Source: Candidatus Eiseniibacteriota bacterium
GTDB lineage: Bacteria > Eisenbacteria > RBG-16-71-46 > JABDJR01
DNA: 64,000 bases
Reading direction: 5' to 3'
Assembly: GCA_963762255.1 (NCBI GenBank)
Contig: CAVXKA010000001.1
Span: 544,001 to 608,000 of the forward strand
Each line of letters begins with the position of its first letter. The first letter of the stretch is position 1. The notes under the pieces are model-generated. The model searched no databases, was not told the DNA's origin, and was given only the letters and a program-made list of their open reading frames with translations. The position numbers were made by a program, and so were the translations under genes. Positions 10,901-21,772 of this stretch are shown in pieces.

Positions 10901-11632
10901 CGAATCGTCGGTGCTGCCGTTCGCCACGCGGGTCTGCAGCGTGCCCTGGATCCGATAGAGCTCCACGTCGGCCCGCCGGATGGGCTTCACCGGGTCATCG
11001 GCGGAGAGATCGTGGAGGAAACCGTTCTGGTCAAACACGCGGTCCCGGTAGAAGAAGCGGCCGGTGAAGGTAAGGACCGCCGAGGGCGAGCCCACCACAG
11101 TCGAAGCCGCCGCCCCGGTCACGCCACCCGCGATCGGCGAGGCCGGGAACTCCAGCAGGGATCCCTCGGCAAGTCGGAGAAGGCGCCCCCCGCGCGCGGC
11201 GGGTTCGTAGAACCGCGAGGGGGTGAGATCCAGCGAGGCCCCGACGCTATAGCGACCGGTGCGTGAGACGACGGCCACCTGTGCGCGCAGTGCGGCGGTC
11301 GGACCCTCGGGAGCGCGGACACGAACGGGAAACGTGAGCGTCTCCCCAACCGCGGCGGGGCCATCGAAGACAGGCCGCGGGTCGAGCATCTCGAGCCCCT
11401 CGGGGGGGGCCACCGTGAGATGGATCTCTTCGACAGGCAGACGGGGCGTGATGCGGATCTCGGTATCCACGACGACCCCGGGGGTTACGGCTCCGAGGGC
11501 CTGCCACACGACTTCCACCCCGGGGAGGGGCTTGCACCCTTCGCCGCCAACGGAGGGGGCAGCCGATAGCGAAAGCGCCGCCGACACGGGCAGCGCCACG
11601 AATAGAAGCGCGCGGACTGAGGGAAGTCTCAT
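7901..11632 (-). CDS. large secreted protein: zincin-like domain + PPC-like domain + FG-GAP repeats + ASPIC/UnbV + FlgD-like C-terminal domain
   Basis: Signal peptide MRLPSVRALLFVALP at 11632; IIHEYGH; repeated WGDYDNDGDPDLFV; NRDGIGA..VEVFWPS; PNPF..IFDVAGRRVR..WDG..GLYFYRL. Confidence 0.8.
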   Translation of the reverse strand: MRLPSVRALLFVALPVSAALSLSAAPSVGGEGCKPLPGVEVVWQALGAVTPGVVVDTEIRITPRLPVEEIHLTVAPPEGLEMLDPRPVFDGPAAVGETLTFPVRVRAPEGPTAALRAQVAVVSRTGRYSVGASLDLTPSRFYEPAARGGRLLRLAEGSLLEFPASPIAGGVTGAAASTVVGSPSAVLTFTGRFFYRDRVFDQNGFLHDLSADDPVKPIRRADVELYRIQGTLQTRVANGSTDDSGNFSLTAVDVLDTDTFTVKVLSTIQNWPGLDLRVRVSSSNPVAYSAATPSFQKPASGTHVGEFVVEPLMGGEAFNVLDCCVDGALLIQSLTGSLPSAALRAYWNSTSTKGTNFSRMESAIYLVGGDGYDDCVIIHEYGHYAAALYSKDDSSGGTHYVDDSNQDVRLSWSEGWASYFQSAARRLAGDPHPAWYVDTSGGTGDGQLIFSYECEGPSYAVKGTASEVVVQSLLWDIEDGPDTPDEAPALDDDALTLPRSQIWEVLTGPLKTATTVSLEDFWEGWMNAPVANGFYEEMKAVFGALGVEYFPDALEPDGSVAQATDLPLDGTPAHHTFYGAGDVDYHRLTLAAGDPLVVETLNVLGWGDTYLEVFDPSSSLIAYNADRNTADISSIVTATASVDGVYVVKVHREAKDRATYAEYGSYDVRALRGSLNALALTAIATTAPISNAGYSVGAGWCDYDDDGDPDCYVVNNTAGGSAAAVDALYQNLGNRSFVNSTAAAGLGSPEGGVGVAWGDYDNDGDPDLFVTGHGLFKNLGNGRFTDATAASGVADLGREFDAAWADADVDGWLDLVVISRDYASALWHNNADGTFTDVAPSAGFDSLIDGGNAYACAWGDYDGDRMPDLFVAKLDAPAHVLYHNLGGNHFEDVTDSAGIASATGAQGASWGDVDNDGRLDLFVASTGENALYLNRGDGSFTNEAIRYGVNDPNSATGSGFIDYDLDGDLDLFVVNLSTGNLMFQNLGGTMARVDDVPAPVNTTGPDLGCSWVDVDADGDADLYLTRGCTSSSCQSNQLYINGLNDGASPRPWLKVTLRGQMANRDGIGALILVHAGSHVQAREVGTNVGWASKSRVPELFGFPVDATVDSVEVFWPSRRYNIVRHPSPNTLLSILEDTYTPVIPPEAPPPFAVTLRGPSPNPFRSATGMGFTLTRDADVTVEIFDVAGRRVRRLLDGRFQAGDHVAGWDGEDDRAVAVPAGLYFYRLIADGHTEVRRLMRIAR

Positions 11633-11744
11633 GGACTGGGGATCCTGGGTGCATCGGTGTCGAGGGGGGATGCGCGCAGGAAAGTGTACGCCCGGGGGGC
11701 AGGAAAACAAAGGGCGGGGAGGCGCCCCTCCCCGCCCTCGGAGG

Positions 11745-12998
11745 TCATCGCAATCGGACGATTCGGCCCGCTGCGGAGGGCCGGCCGTCCACCGTGACCT
11801 TGACAAAAAAGATGCCCGCGCCGACATCCAGACCCGCGGCATCGCGCCCATCCCATGCATACCCATGGTCGCCGGCGCCCAAGACACCTTCGGCCAGAGT
11901 GCGTACAGGGCGGCCGGCCACATCGAAGACTTCGGCGCGTACTTCGGACGACGCGTTCTCCGGAGCCAAGGTCAGTGACACATGCGCATGAGTCATGACG
12001 GGGTTGGGACGCACCGAGAGCGCGACGAGCGGGCGTAAGCCGGACTCGCCGTCACCGGGAACGGCGGTCACCGGGTAGGCGCACTGGACGATGCAGTGGT
12101 CGTCGATATCGCTCACGTAGATGGCTACGCCGGCCCCGGGCCGCACGGCCACACCAACGGGGCGGCTCAGCGCGCCCTCGCCGTCCGCGCCCCACTCGGC
12201 GAGATACGTGCCCAAGCCGGTGAACTTCTGAATGCGGTCGTTGCCGGAGTCGGCCACGTAGACGGCGCCGTTGATGTCGACAGAGACCGAGTAGCAGGCG
12301 GTGAACTCCCCGGGGTCGCTTCCGAAGGTGCCCCACTTGGCACTGAAGAAACCCGCGGGAGAGAATTTCTGGATCCGGCTGTTGCAGGTGTCGGACACAT
12401 AGACGAACCCCTCTGCGTCGATAGCGAGACCGGTGGGGCACATCATTTGTCCGTCACCGCTTCCGGTGCTTCCGAACTGCCTTTGAAACGTCCCGCTGGG
12501 TGCGAAGATCTGAACGCGGTTATTGCCGTTGTCGGCGACGTAGATCTGCCCGTCGGCGTTGACGCCGATTCCCCACGGGAATGAGAACTGCCCGGGGTCG
12601 CTGCCGGAACTCCCGAAGGCCAGGAGCGAGTCGCCGTTGCTCGAGAACTTGATCACGCGGTCGTTGCCCGAATCGGCCACATAGACGTTGCCGGCCGGGT
12701 CCGTGGCGATGCCTCGCGCACTGTGAACCCCGCCCCACTTGCCCAGGAAGTCGCCGGAGGCGGAGAACTTCTGGATGCGGTCATTCTGGGAGTCTGCGAC
12801 ATACACGGTGCCATCCGGGGCCACTGTCACCCCCCAGGGACCGTAGAAATCACCGTTGGGGGCGGCGAGGCCGCAGCAACCCAGAGAACCCCACTTTCCG
12901 ACGTACTCGGGTGGGGCATCTGCATTCGAAATTGAGGCAAATCCCGCAATCAAAATCGCTGTCAGCAAGCTGGCCGCAGTCCACTGCATTCTCGTCAC
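11745..12998 (-). CDS. secreted NHL-repeat protein with FlgD-like C-terminal domain
   Basis: Six P.G..V...G.VYV.D..N.RIQKF repeats; signal peptide; GGAAGGA RBS before GTG; PNP..VFDVAGRPVRTL..WDGRD tail. Confidence 0.85.
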   Translation of the reverse strand: MTRMQWTAASLLTAILIAGFASISNADAPPEYVGKWGSLGCCGLAAPNGDFYGPWGVTVAPDGTVYVADSQNDRIQKFSASGDFLGKWGGVHSARGIATDPAGNVYVADSGNDRVIKFSSNGDSLLAFGSSGSDPGQFSFPWGIGVNADGQIYVADNGNNRVQIFAPSGTFQRQFGSTGSGDGQMMCPTGLAIDAEGFVYVSDTCNSRIQKFSPAGFFSAKWGTFGSDPGEFTACYSVSVDINGAVYVADSGNDRIQKFTGLGTYLAEWGADGEGALSRPVGVAVRPGAGVAIYVSDIDDHCIVQCAYPVTAVPGDGESGLRPLVALSVRPNPVMTHAHVSLTLAPENASSEVRAEVFDVAGRPVRTLAEGVLGAGDHGYAWDGRDAAGLDVGAGIFFVKVTVDGRPSAAGRIVRLR

Positions 12999-13379
12999 TG
13001 GTCCTTCCCGGGGGCAATCGTCAGCACAACTCAATCGGCAACTCCATGTCTGTAAAAGCCTTGAAACCCCTCTGGGCACGGACAGGATTGTGAAATCCTC
13101 CGCTCCGCGACGGGTCTGCTCCCATGCCTGAGCTGCGCTCCATGGACAATGGGTCCATGTAGGAGCCAGAAGCATGCCACGACACCCCAACCCCTGTCTT
13201 GAGTGGCGCGGCGGGGCGCGCGGGCGACGTGCGGAGCGCGCAGGCGAGCCGCAGAGTGTTTGAGCGGTCCCAATCCGATCTGATTTGCAACACTCACTGC
13301 CAAAAGGGCAAGAGTGGGCCCATTCGGTACTCGGTGTTTCAACTTGAAACCAGGCCGTTCAGCAGGGTAATTGCCTAAT

Positions 13380-13392
13380 TATTAAAACGTTA
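13380..13392 (+). promoter_or_regulatory. IHF-like binding site
   Basis: TATTAAAACGTTA, one mismatch to WATCAANNNNTTR, in an AT-rich patch about 30 bp upstream of the sigma54-like promoter. Confidence 0.4.
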
Positions 13393-13422
13393 CGGATTCA
13401 CTTTGCCTGGTATGATGCCCTG

Positions 13423-13437
13423 TGGCATCCTGATTGC
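13423..13437 (+). promoter_or_regulatory. sigma54 (-24/-12)-type promoter for groESL
   Basis: TGGCATC-CTGA-TTGC has exact GG-N10-GC spacing. Confidence 0.6.
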
Positions 13438-13595
13438 CTTCTAGTAATGGCGAAGGGTGGCAGACCGCCCGGTGAGTTTGCCCATCTGGCACGGTCCGAT
13501 CGCCACCGTCATCCGGTTATCATCCCGGGCCGCTCGCGAGTGGCAGGGTTGGATCACAAACCGTTATTTCCCAAACTCAGTAAAGGAGTGAGACC

Positions 13596-13883
13596 ATGAA
13601 GGTCACGCCTCTTTCCGATCGAATCCTCGTCAAGCGCCTTGAGGTCGCCGAGGAGCAGCGGGGCGGAATCATCATCCCCGACACAGCCAAGGAGAAGCCG
13701 CAGCAGTGCGAGGTTATCGCGGTGGGCCCCGGTCGCATGACCGACGAGGGCAAGCGCCTCGTCCCCGAAGTGAAGAAGGGACAGCGCGTATTGATCGGTA
13801 AGTACTCGGGCACCGAGGTGAAGATCGACGGCCACGAGTACATCATCCTTCGCGAAGACGACATCCTCGGAATCGTCGCATAG
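13596..13883 (+). CDS. groES: co-chaperonin GroES
   Basis: PLSDRILVK..GGIIIPDTAKEKPQ..VIAVGPG; AAGGAG RBS. Confidence 0.99.
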   Translation: MKVTPLSDRILVKRLEVAEEQRGGIIIPDTAKEKPQQCEVIAVGPGRMTDEGKRLVPEVKKGQRVLIGKYSGTEVKIDGHEYIILREDDILGIVA

Positions 13884-15647
<1,764 letters not shown>

Positions 15648-15724
15648 TCCGGTCGTTCCGTTCTTCCGCGGTCGAGGCCGGCGCGAGAGGCGCCGGCGAG
15701 ACCCGAAAGTCGTTTCGACGAGAG

Positions 15725-15756
15725 AGCCCCGGGAGCTATCCCGGGGCTTTCTTTTT
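15725..15756 (+). terminator. intrinsic terminator after groEL
   Basis: AGCCCCGGGA-GCTA-TCCCGGGGCT hairpin followed by TTCTTTTT. Confidence 0.85.
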
Positions 15757-15823
15757 GGCTCCCCGGGCGGTTAGAGTTCGAGGCCCCGTCCCGCTGCGCC
15801 ACGCAACTGGAGGATCTTTCAAC

Positions 15824-17611
15824 ATGGCCGCACCGATGCTCGACTACCGCATCCGATTCACCGAACCCTGGGCCCACCTGGTGGACATCGAACTCACGGT
15901 CCCCGTGGCCGTCGGGCAGGCGGCGCTGGATTTCTGGATGCCGGTGTGGACACCGGGTTCGTATCTGGTGCGCGAGTACGCGCGGCATATCGAGTCGTTT
16001 TCGGCCTCGGACGCCGGCGGGCGGGCGTTGCCGTGGCGCAAGACGAGCAAGAACCACTGGGAGGTGGAGCCCGGCGGCGCCGATTGCGTCGTGGTCCGCT
16101 ACCGGGTGTACGGCCACGAGATGTCGGTGCGCACGAACTGGGTGGAGGATGGGTTCGCGTTCTTGAACGGCGCGTCCACATTCCTGACCGTTCGCGGGAT
16201 GGAGAAGCAGCAGCACCGCCTGACCATGGAGATCCCGGCGTCGTGGGCCGGGGTGTGGACCTCGCTGGAGCGCGCCGAGATCGGCGCCGGCTCGGCCGGC
16301 AGTGGCGCGGCGGCGCCGGGCGAGTCGGTTCACATCTTCGTCGCCCGCGATCTGGACGAGCTGGTCGACTCGCCGATCCTGGCCGGCAGCCCCGCGGTCT
16401 ACGACTTCACGGTCGACGACAAGCCGGTGAGCCTGGTGAATCTGGGCGAGGGCGGACTCTGGGACGGCGCCAAGACCGCGGCCGACGTCAAGCGCATCGT
16501 CGAGGTCTACCGCGATCTGTATGGAAGTCTCCCGTTTTCCAGCTACGTTTTCTTCAACCTCATCGTGGAAGGAAGCGGCGGACTCGAGCACAAGAACTCC
16601 TGCGTGCTCATGGCGTCCCGCTACGCGTACCGCAAGCGCAGCGCCTACATCGATTGGCTCGGGCTCGCCAGCCACGAGTTCTTCCACGTGTGGAACGTGA
16701 AGCGAAGCCGGCCCGTTGCGCTGGGCCCTTTCGACTACGAGAGCGAGAACTACACGCGCAGCCTCTGGGTCGCGGAGGGGATCACCAACTACTACACCGA
16801 TCTCATGCCGCGTCGCGCCGGGCTCACCACCGACAAGGAGTTCCTGGGAGAGTTCTCGAAGCTCCTCGACACGCTCCAGAATACGCCGGGGCGCGCGCTC
16901 CACTCGCTGGAGGAGTCGAGCTTCGACGCGTGGATCAAGCTCTATCGGGCGGACGAGAACACCTCCAATACCACGATCAGCTACTACGTGAAGGGGGCGG
17001 TCGTGGCGTGGCTTCTGGACGCAGAGATCCGCCGCGTTACGGGCGGGAAGCGGTCCCTGGACGACCTCATGCGCCTGCTCTTCATGCGCCACGCCGGTGA
17101 ACGCGGGTATTCGGAGGAAGATGTCGAGCGCGCGGCGGCGGAGGTGGCGGGCGTTTCGCTGGACGCGTTCTTCGATGCGTGCGTGCGCGGGACCGGGGAG
17201 TTGGACTACGCCGGGGTGCTGGGATGGTTGGGATTGCGTTTCAAGCCCGTCGAGGCGGATGGCGAGGACGGACCCAAGGTATGGCTCGGTTTGGAGACAC
17301 GCGCCGACAACGGGCGGCTCCTGGTGAAGTCCGTGCGGCGGGATGGACCGGCGCGCGCGGCCGGCATCAATGCGGACGATGAGATCCTGGCGGTCGGCGG
17401 CTATCGGGTGACCGCGACCAACCTCAACGAGCGCTTGCAGCAGTACGAGCCGGGCGAGCGGGTCGAGGTGATGCTCGCGCGGCGCGATGCGGTTCGCGTG
17501 GCGCCGATCACGCTGGCGCCCCACGCGGGTTCGCCGTGGAAGCTCGAGGCCAATCCCGGGGCCGCGACAGAGGCGGCGGCGCAGCGCGAGGCGTGGTTGG
17601 GGCGGGGGTAG
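15824..17611 (+). CDS. M61 family metallopeptidase with PDZ domain
   Basis: MPVWTPGSY, GGLEH, HEFFHVWN, LWVAEGITNYY, SYYVKG; C-terminal PDZ (GPARAAGINADDEILAVGG); GGAGG RBS. Confidence 0.93.
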   Translation: MAAPMLDYRIRFTEPWAHLVDIELTVPVAVGQAALDFWMPVWTPGSYLVREYARHIESFSASDAGGRALPWRKTSKNHWEVEPGGADCVVVRYRVYGHEMSVRTNWVEDGFAFLNGASTFLTVRGMEKQQHRLTMEIPASWAGVWTSLERAEIGAGSAGSGAAAPGESVHIFVARDLDELVDSPILAGSPAVYDFTVDDKPVSLVNLGEGGLWDGAKTAADVKRIVEVYRDLYGSLPFSSYVFFNLIVEGSGGLEHKNSCVLMASRYAYRKRSAYIDWLGLASHEFFHVWNVKRSRPVALGPFDYESENYTRSLWVAEGITNYYTDLMPRRAGLTTDKEFLGEFSKLLDTLQNTPGRALHSLEESSFDAWIKLYRADENTSNTTISYYVKGAVVAWLLDAEIRRVTGGKRSLDDLMRLLFMRHAGERGYSEEDVERAAAEVAGVSLDAFFDACVRGTGELDYAGVLGWLGLRFKPVEADGEDGPKVWLGLETRADNGRLLVKSVRRDGPARAAGINADDEILAVGGYRVTATNLNERLQQYEPGERVEVMLARRDAVRVAPITLAPHAGSPWKLEANPGAATEAAAQREAWLGRG

Positions 17612-17842
17612 CGGCCAGGGCAAAGCGTCGTCCAAATGGCGGCCCCCCTGACGATTTCGGATGGCCCGGTCCGGTTTCCGGGACCAGCGGGAAGAGCCTT
17701 CAACAACCGTCTCGGGCTCGTCGGTGCCCGGGCGCCGTGGTAGGCTGACAGCCAAAGACGGGGGTGATTCTTCCTGCCTCGGCATCACTCCACGACAGTC
17801 GACAATGTGACGCAGCCATACTGCCCAACGATGGAGGATGCC

Positions 17843-19120
17843 ATGCGCGGCCCGCGCGTTCTTCCTGCTCTCCGGAACTGCTTTTTGATTTCCCCCTATC
17901 TTCTGGCCGTGACCGCGCTCCTGATGATGCCGCTGGGTTGCGGAGAGGATAAGCCGAGCACGCCGGTGGCGGTGAGCGTGGAGCCGTCGGCGGTGAGCGT
18001 GCGGGTTGGGCAGACGCACCAGTTCGCGGCGACGGCGACGGGGATGAGCGATCAATCCGTGACATGGTCGGTCGACGGTGACAGCACGCATGGTGCGATC
18101 GACTCAACCGGTCTCTACACGGCGCCGGACAGCGTGCCCAACCCTGCGGCGGTAACCGTGCGGGCGACGACCAAGGCCGACCCGAGCAAGAGCGGGACGG
18201 CGATCATCACGATCTCCAACATCCCCGATCTGCCCGGGTTTGCCGGCGTGCCTGCGGGCTCGTTCACGATGGGGGACGGCAGCTCAATCTCCTACTGCGG
18301 GACTCAGGAGCACGCTGTAACCCTGACGCGCGATTTCTACTTGGGTCAGACCGAGGTGACGAACCAGCAGTACTTGGCGGCGATGCAGTGGGCTCTGAAC
18401 CAGGGATACGTGGCGGTCCTGGATTCGGTCGTCTACGACCGCCTGGACGGGAGGAGTGGGACGGATATCGCGCTGCTGTATCTCGCGGACTCCGGCTCCG
18501 AGATCCGCCTCTCCGGCACCGTCTTCTTGCTGCGCGATGCCGGCCACAAGATCAACGCAAACCACCCGGTGAAGGAAGTGACCTGGTACGGGGCCGCAGC
18601 GTACTGTGACTGGTTGAGTCTGCAGGCGGGGCTGCCCCGGGCGTACAACCACGAAACCTGGACCTGCAATGGCGGGGACCCTTACGCAGCGGAGGGTTAC
18701 CGGTTGCCGACAGACGCGGAGTGGGAGTACGCCGCGCAGTACAACGACGGGCGAATCTATCCCTGGGGAAACGAGGGACCGGACTGCGACCGGGCGAATT
18801 ACTATGGCTGCAAGGGCGTTTGGACGGAGCCGGTGGGGAGCCAGGTAGCAGGGCCGGAGAAGACGATCCTGGACAAGGGACTCTTCGACATGGCGGGGAA
18901 CGTGCGGGAGTGGTGCAACGACTGGCACACGTGCAGCCTCGGTACCGCCGCCGCGCAGAACCCGCCAGGCCCGTTGTCGGGGAGCGACCGCACGCTTCGG
19001 GGTGGGTCGTGGTACACCTACAGTGGCGGCTACCTCCGGTGCGCGGACCGGGACGGCGCCCCCCCGTCGAGCAAGGACTCCTACGGCGGGGTTCGTGTTG
19101 CCAGGACCGTTGCGCCCTGA
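17843..19120 (+). CDS. lipoprotein with Ig-like domain and FGE-sulfatase (SUMF1/EgtB-like) domain
   Basis: Lipobox LLMMPLG-C; GSFTMG, TEVTNQQY, HPVKEVTW, RLPTDAEWEYAA, DMAGNVREW, RGGSW. Confidence 0.88.
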   Translation: MRGPRVLPALRNCFLISPYLLAVTALLMMPLGCGEDKPSTPVAVSVEPSAVSVRVGQTHQFAATATGMSDQSVTWSVDGDSTHGAIDSTGLYTAPDSVPNPAAVTVRATTKADPSKSGTAIITISNIPDLPGFAGVPAGSFTMGDGSSISYCGTQEHAVTLTRDFYLGQTEVTNQQYLAAMQWALNQGYVAVLDSVVYDRLDGRSGTDIALLYLADSGSEIRLSGTVFLLRDAGHKINANHPVKEVTWYGAAAYCDWLSLQAGLPRAYNHETWTCNGGDPYAAEGYRLPTDAEWEYAAQYNDGRIYPWGNEGPDCDRANYYGCKGVWTEPVGSQVAGPEKTILDKGLFDMAGNVREWCNDWHTCSLGTAAAQNPPGPLSGSDRTLRGGSWYTYSGGYLRCADRDGAPPSSKDSYGGVRVARTVAP

Positions 19121-21516
19121 CTCGGCCCGGCCCCCTTTCTTACCGCTTCCAGCACCTTGACCGCCAGATCATGCATGGAGAACGGCTTCTGGAGGAAGTT
19201 CACGCCCGCGTTCAGTACGCCATTCTGCGCAATCACATCAGCCGTATGGCCTGATATGAACAGGATCGGCACATTGGGGTGACGCGCGCGCAACCGCTCC
19301 ACTAGCTCCGGGCCGTTCATCTCGGGCATCATGACATCGGTGATTAGCAGACGAATCTCGCTCCCGTGATCCTCGCCAAGCTGCAAGGCCTCGCTCGCCC
19401 TGCCCGCGGCCAGCACCCGATACCCCAACTGCTCCAGCATCATCGTGCCCATGGTCAGGAGCATCGGCTCGTCCTCCACCAGGAGCACGGTCTCGCCACT
19501 GCCCATGGGCAGATCTGCATCCCCCTCGACGGCGGGACCGGCGACTTGCCCCCCGCACTGGGGCAGATAGATGCTGAAGGTCGTCCCCTTCCCGGGTTCG
19601 CTGTCCACATCGATGAATCCGTGGTTCTGCTTGACGATGCCATACACCATGGACAGCCCGAGACCGGTCCCCCGGCCCGCCCCCTTGGTCGTAAAGAAGG
19701 GCTCGAAGATCTGGTCGAGGATCCTCTTGTCCATGCCCGATCCGTCGTCGCCTACGGCCAGCAGCAGGTAGTTCCCCGCTTCAGCGCCCACATGCGTGGC
19801 ACAGTAGGTCTCGTCCAGGGTCACGTTCCTTGTCTGAATGGTGATCTTGCCCCCCCCGACAATGGCATCCCTGGCGTTGACGCATAGATTCACCAGGAGC
19901 TGGCTCAACTGGGCGGGGTCCATCATGACGGGAGACAGATCGACCCCGGGCAGCCAGGCGACTTCGATGTCCTCCGCAATGAGCCGCTGCAGCATCCTGA
20001 GCATGCTCTCCACGGCCTTGTTCAGGTCAAGCACCACCGGTTTGATGGTCTGCTTGCGGGCGAAGGCCAACAACTGCTGGGTGAGATCCGCCGAGCGCGT
20101 CGCGGCGTTGAAGATCTCCTCGAGATCCGCGTGCAGCAACTCGGTCGGGTCCACCCTCTTCATAGCCAGCTCCGTATGACCGAGGATCACGCCGAGCATA
20201 TTGTTGTAATCGTGCGCTATACCACCCGCCAGAAGGCCCACCGCCTCCATCTTCTGCGACTGGCGGAGCTGGGATTCCAGGATGCGCCCCTCGGTGATGT
20301 CCTCCACCATCTCGATTGCCGCCACAATTTCGCCCGATGCGTCGCGGATCGGAGACGATACGACGCGGTAGTTGCGCACCCCGTGGACTTGCGGTGTCTC
20401 CGTCTCACTCTCATGCACCAGACCGTCCTGCAGCGTCTTTCGAGTCGGGCAGTACTCGCAGATCGCCTCGCGCGGCGGATGGTTGAACGAACGAAAACAG
20501 ATGCTGCGTTGACTTGGGTCGACGGCGGGAAACCACTCCCGCATCCGGCGGTTCAGCTCAAGAATCTCCATCTTGGGGCTGATGAGAGCCACACCTATAT
20601 CGATGTTGTCCAAGATGCTGCGCAGCTTGGCGTCGCTCGCCGCCAAGGCCTCCTCCGCCCGCGTGCGCTCGCTGATGTCATAGTAGGTTCCCAGCAGGCC
20701 GACGATTGCCCCACCCTTTGCCCGGAGCGGCACCTTGCTAGTCAGCAGGTGAATGCAATTTCCCGATGGCGTCGTCTGCGTCTCCTCGAAAAGTTGCTTC
20801 GCTTCCCCGCTCTCGATCACCGCCCGGTCATCGGCCCGGTAGAGTTCGGCCTGCGCCCGCCAACACATGGCATAGTCGTCCTTGCCAATGATGTCCTCGG
20901 GTTTCTCGAACCCGGCGTCCCGGGCAAACGCTACGTTGCAGCCAAGGTACAGCAGGTTTCTGTCTTTCCAGAAAACCCGAACCGGTATGGAGTCGAAGAT
21001 TCCATGAAGCAATTCGCGCGAGTCCCACAGCGCCTGATCAGCCCGCTTGCGCCCGGTGATGTCGCGGATATTGCACTGGATCACCTTGCTATGATCCACT
21101 TCATAGACATTGCTGACGAACTCTACCGCGACGGACTTCCCACTCCGCGCTATCAGTGGCAGATCGTCATATCGGACATACTCGCTATCCTGCAGGGTCC
21201 TGAAGGCGTCTATGGAAGCGGCAACGTCCTTGAATGCTCCGAGGTCCCAGATGTGCTGCCCGACTACCTCTTCAAAGGTGTGATCGAGTAGCTGCAAGAG
21301 GAAGGGATTGACGTCGACCACCTTGCCCGAATCGGCATCGAGGATCAGGATGCCGTCCTTGGCCGATTCAAAGAGCCGACGGTAGCGCTTCTCGGAGTCT
21401 TGAAGCGCCTCGGCGACCCCCTCCTTCTTCAACAGCGCCTCGTTCAGCGACGCGACCCGCCGGGTCAGCTCAGCATTGGTGAGGCGAAGTTCGTTCTCGG
21501 TATTCTTGTCGGACAT
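19081..21516 (-). CDS. PAS-domain hybrid sensor histidine kinase/response regulator
   Basis: Three PAS-like blocks; GGIAHDYNN H-box; NLCVNARDA; FEPFFTTK..GTGLGL; REC LLVEDE..LLITDVMMP; start codon approximate. Confidence 0.93.
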   Translation of the reverse strand: MSDKNTENELRLTNAELTRRVASLNEALLKKEGVAEALQDSEKRYRRLFESAKDGILILDADSGKVVDVNPFLLQLLDHTFEEVVGQHIWDLGAFKDVAASIDAFRTLQDSEYVRYDDLPLIARSGKSVAVEFVSNVYEVDHSKVIQCNIRDITGRKRADQALWDSRELLHGIFDSIPVRVFWKDRNLLYLGCNVAFARDAGFEKPEDIIGKDDYAMCWRAQAELYRADDRAVIESGEAKQLFEETQTTPSGNCIHLLTSKVPLRAKGGAIVGLLGTYYDISERTRAEEALAASDAKLRSILDNIDIGVALISPKMEILELNRRMREWFPAVDPSQRSICFRSFNHPPREAICEYCPTRKTLQDGLVHESETETPQVHGVRNYRVVSSPIRDASGEIVAAIEMVEDITEGRILESQLRQSQKMEAVGLLAGGIAHDYNNMLGVILGHTELAMKRVDPTELLHADLEEIFNAATRSADLTQQLLAFARKQTIKPVVLDLNKAVESMLRMLQRLIAEDIEVAWLPGVDLSPVMMDPAQLSQLLVNLCVNARDAIVGGGKITIQTRNVTLDETYCATHVGAEAGNYLLLAVGDDGSGMDKRILDQIFEPFFTTKGAGRGTGLGLSMVYGIVKQNHGFIDVDSEPGKGTTFSIYLPQCGGQVAGPAVEGDADLPMGSGETVLLVEDEPMLLTMGTMMLEQLGYRVLAAGRASEALQLGEDHGSEIRLLITDVMMPEMNGPELVERLRARHPNVPILFISGHTADVIAQNGVLNAGVNFLQKPFSMHDLAVKVLEAVRKGAGPSQGATVLATRTPP

Positions 21517-21560
21517 CGTCGAAACCTTGGTGGGTGTCTCTGCCCCCTGGCGACCCGCCT

Positions 21561-21600
21561 GTCTGCCCGCTGCCAAAGCAGTCTGCCCGCTGCCAAAGCA
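21561..21600. repeat. perfect 20-bp tandem duplication
   Basis: GTCTGCCCGCTGCCAAAGCA twice, enclosed by inverted CTGTCTGC...GCAGACAG. Confidence 0.9.
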
Positions 21601-21772
21601 GACAGTAGAAGGATTGCACTATACTTTCAAGACGCCCGTTGTTGTATTTGGGGAAATGTGGATGGGGGGGCACAAGGACGGCGCAGCGGCGCGGAGGAGA
21701 ACGCGGCGGGGCTAGACTGGGCGCAGAGCTCCGCCCGGGTGGGGGAGGCGGAGGGCTCTATAAGCGGCGGAC

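Noticed and set aside
13291-13316. CIRCE element before groESL
   Set aside because: The CACTC/GAGTG spacer is 16 nt instead of 9, and the TTAG/CTAA flanks are absent.
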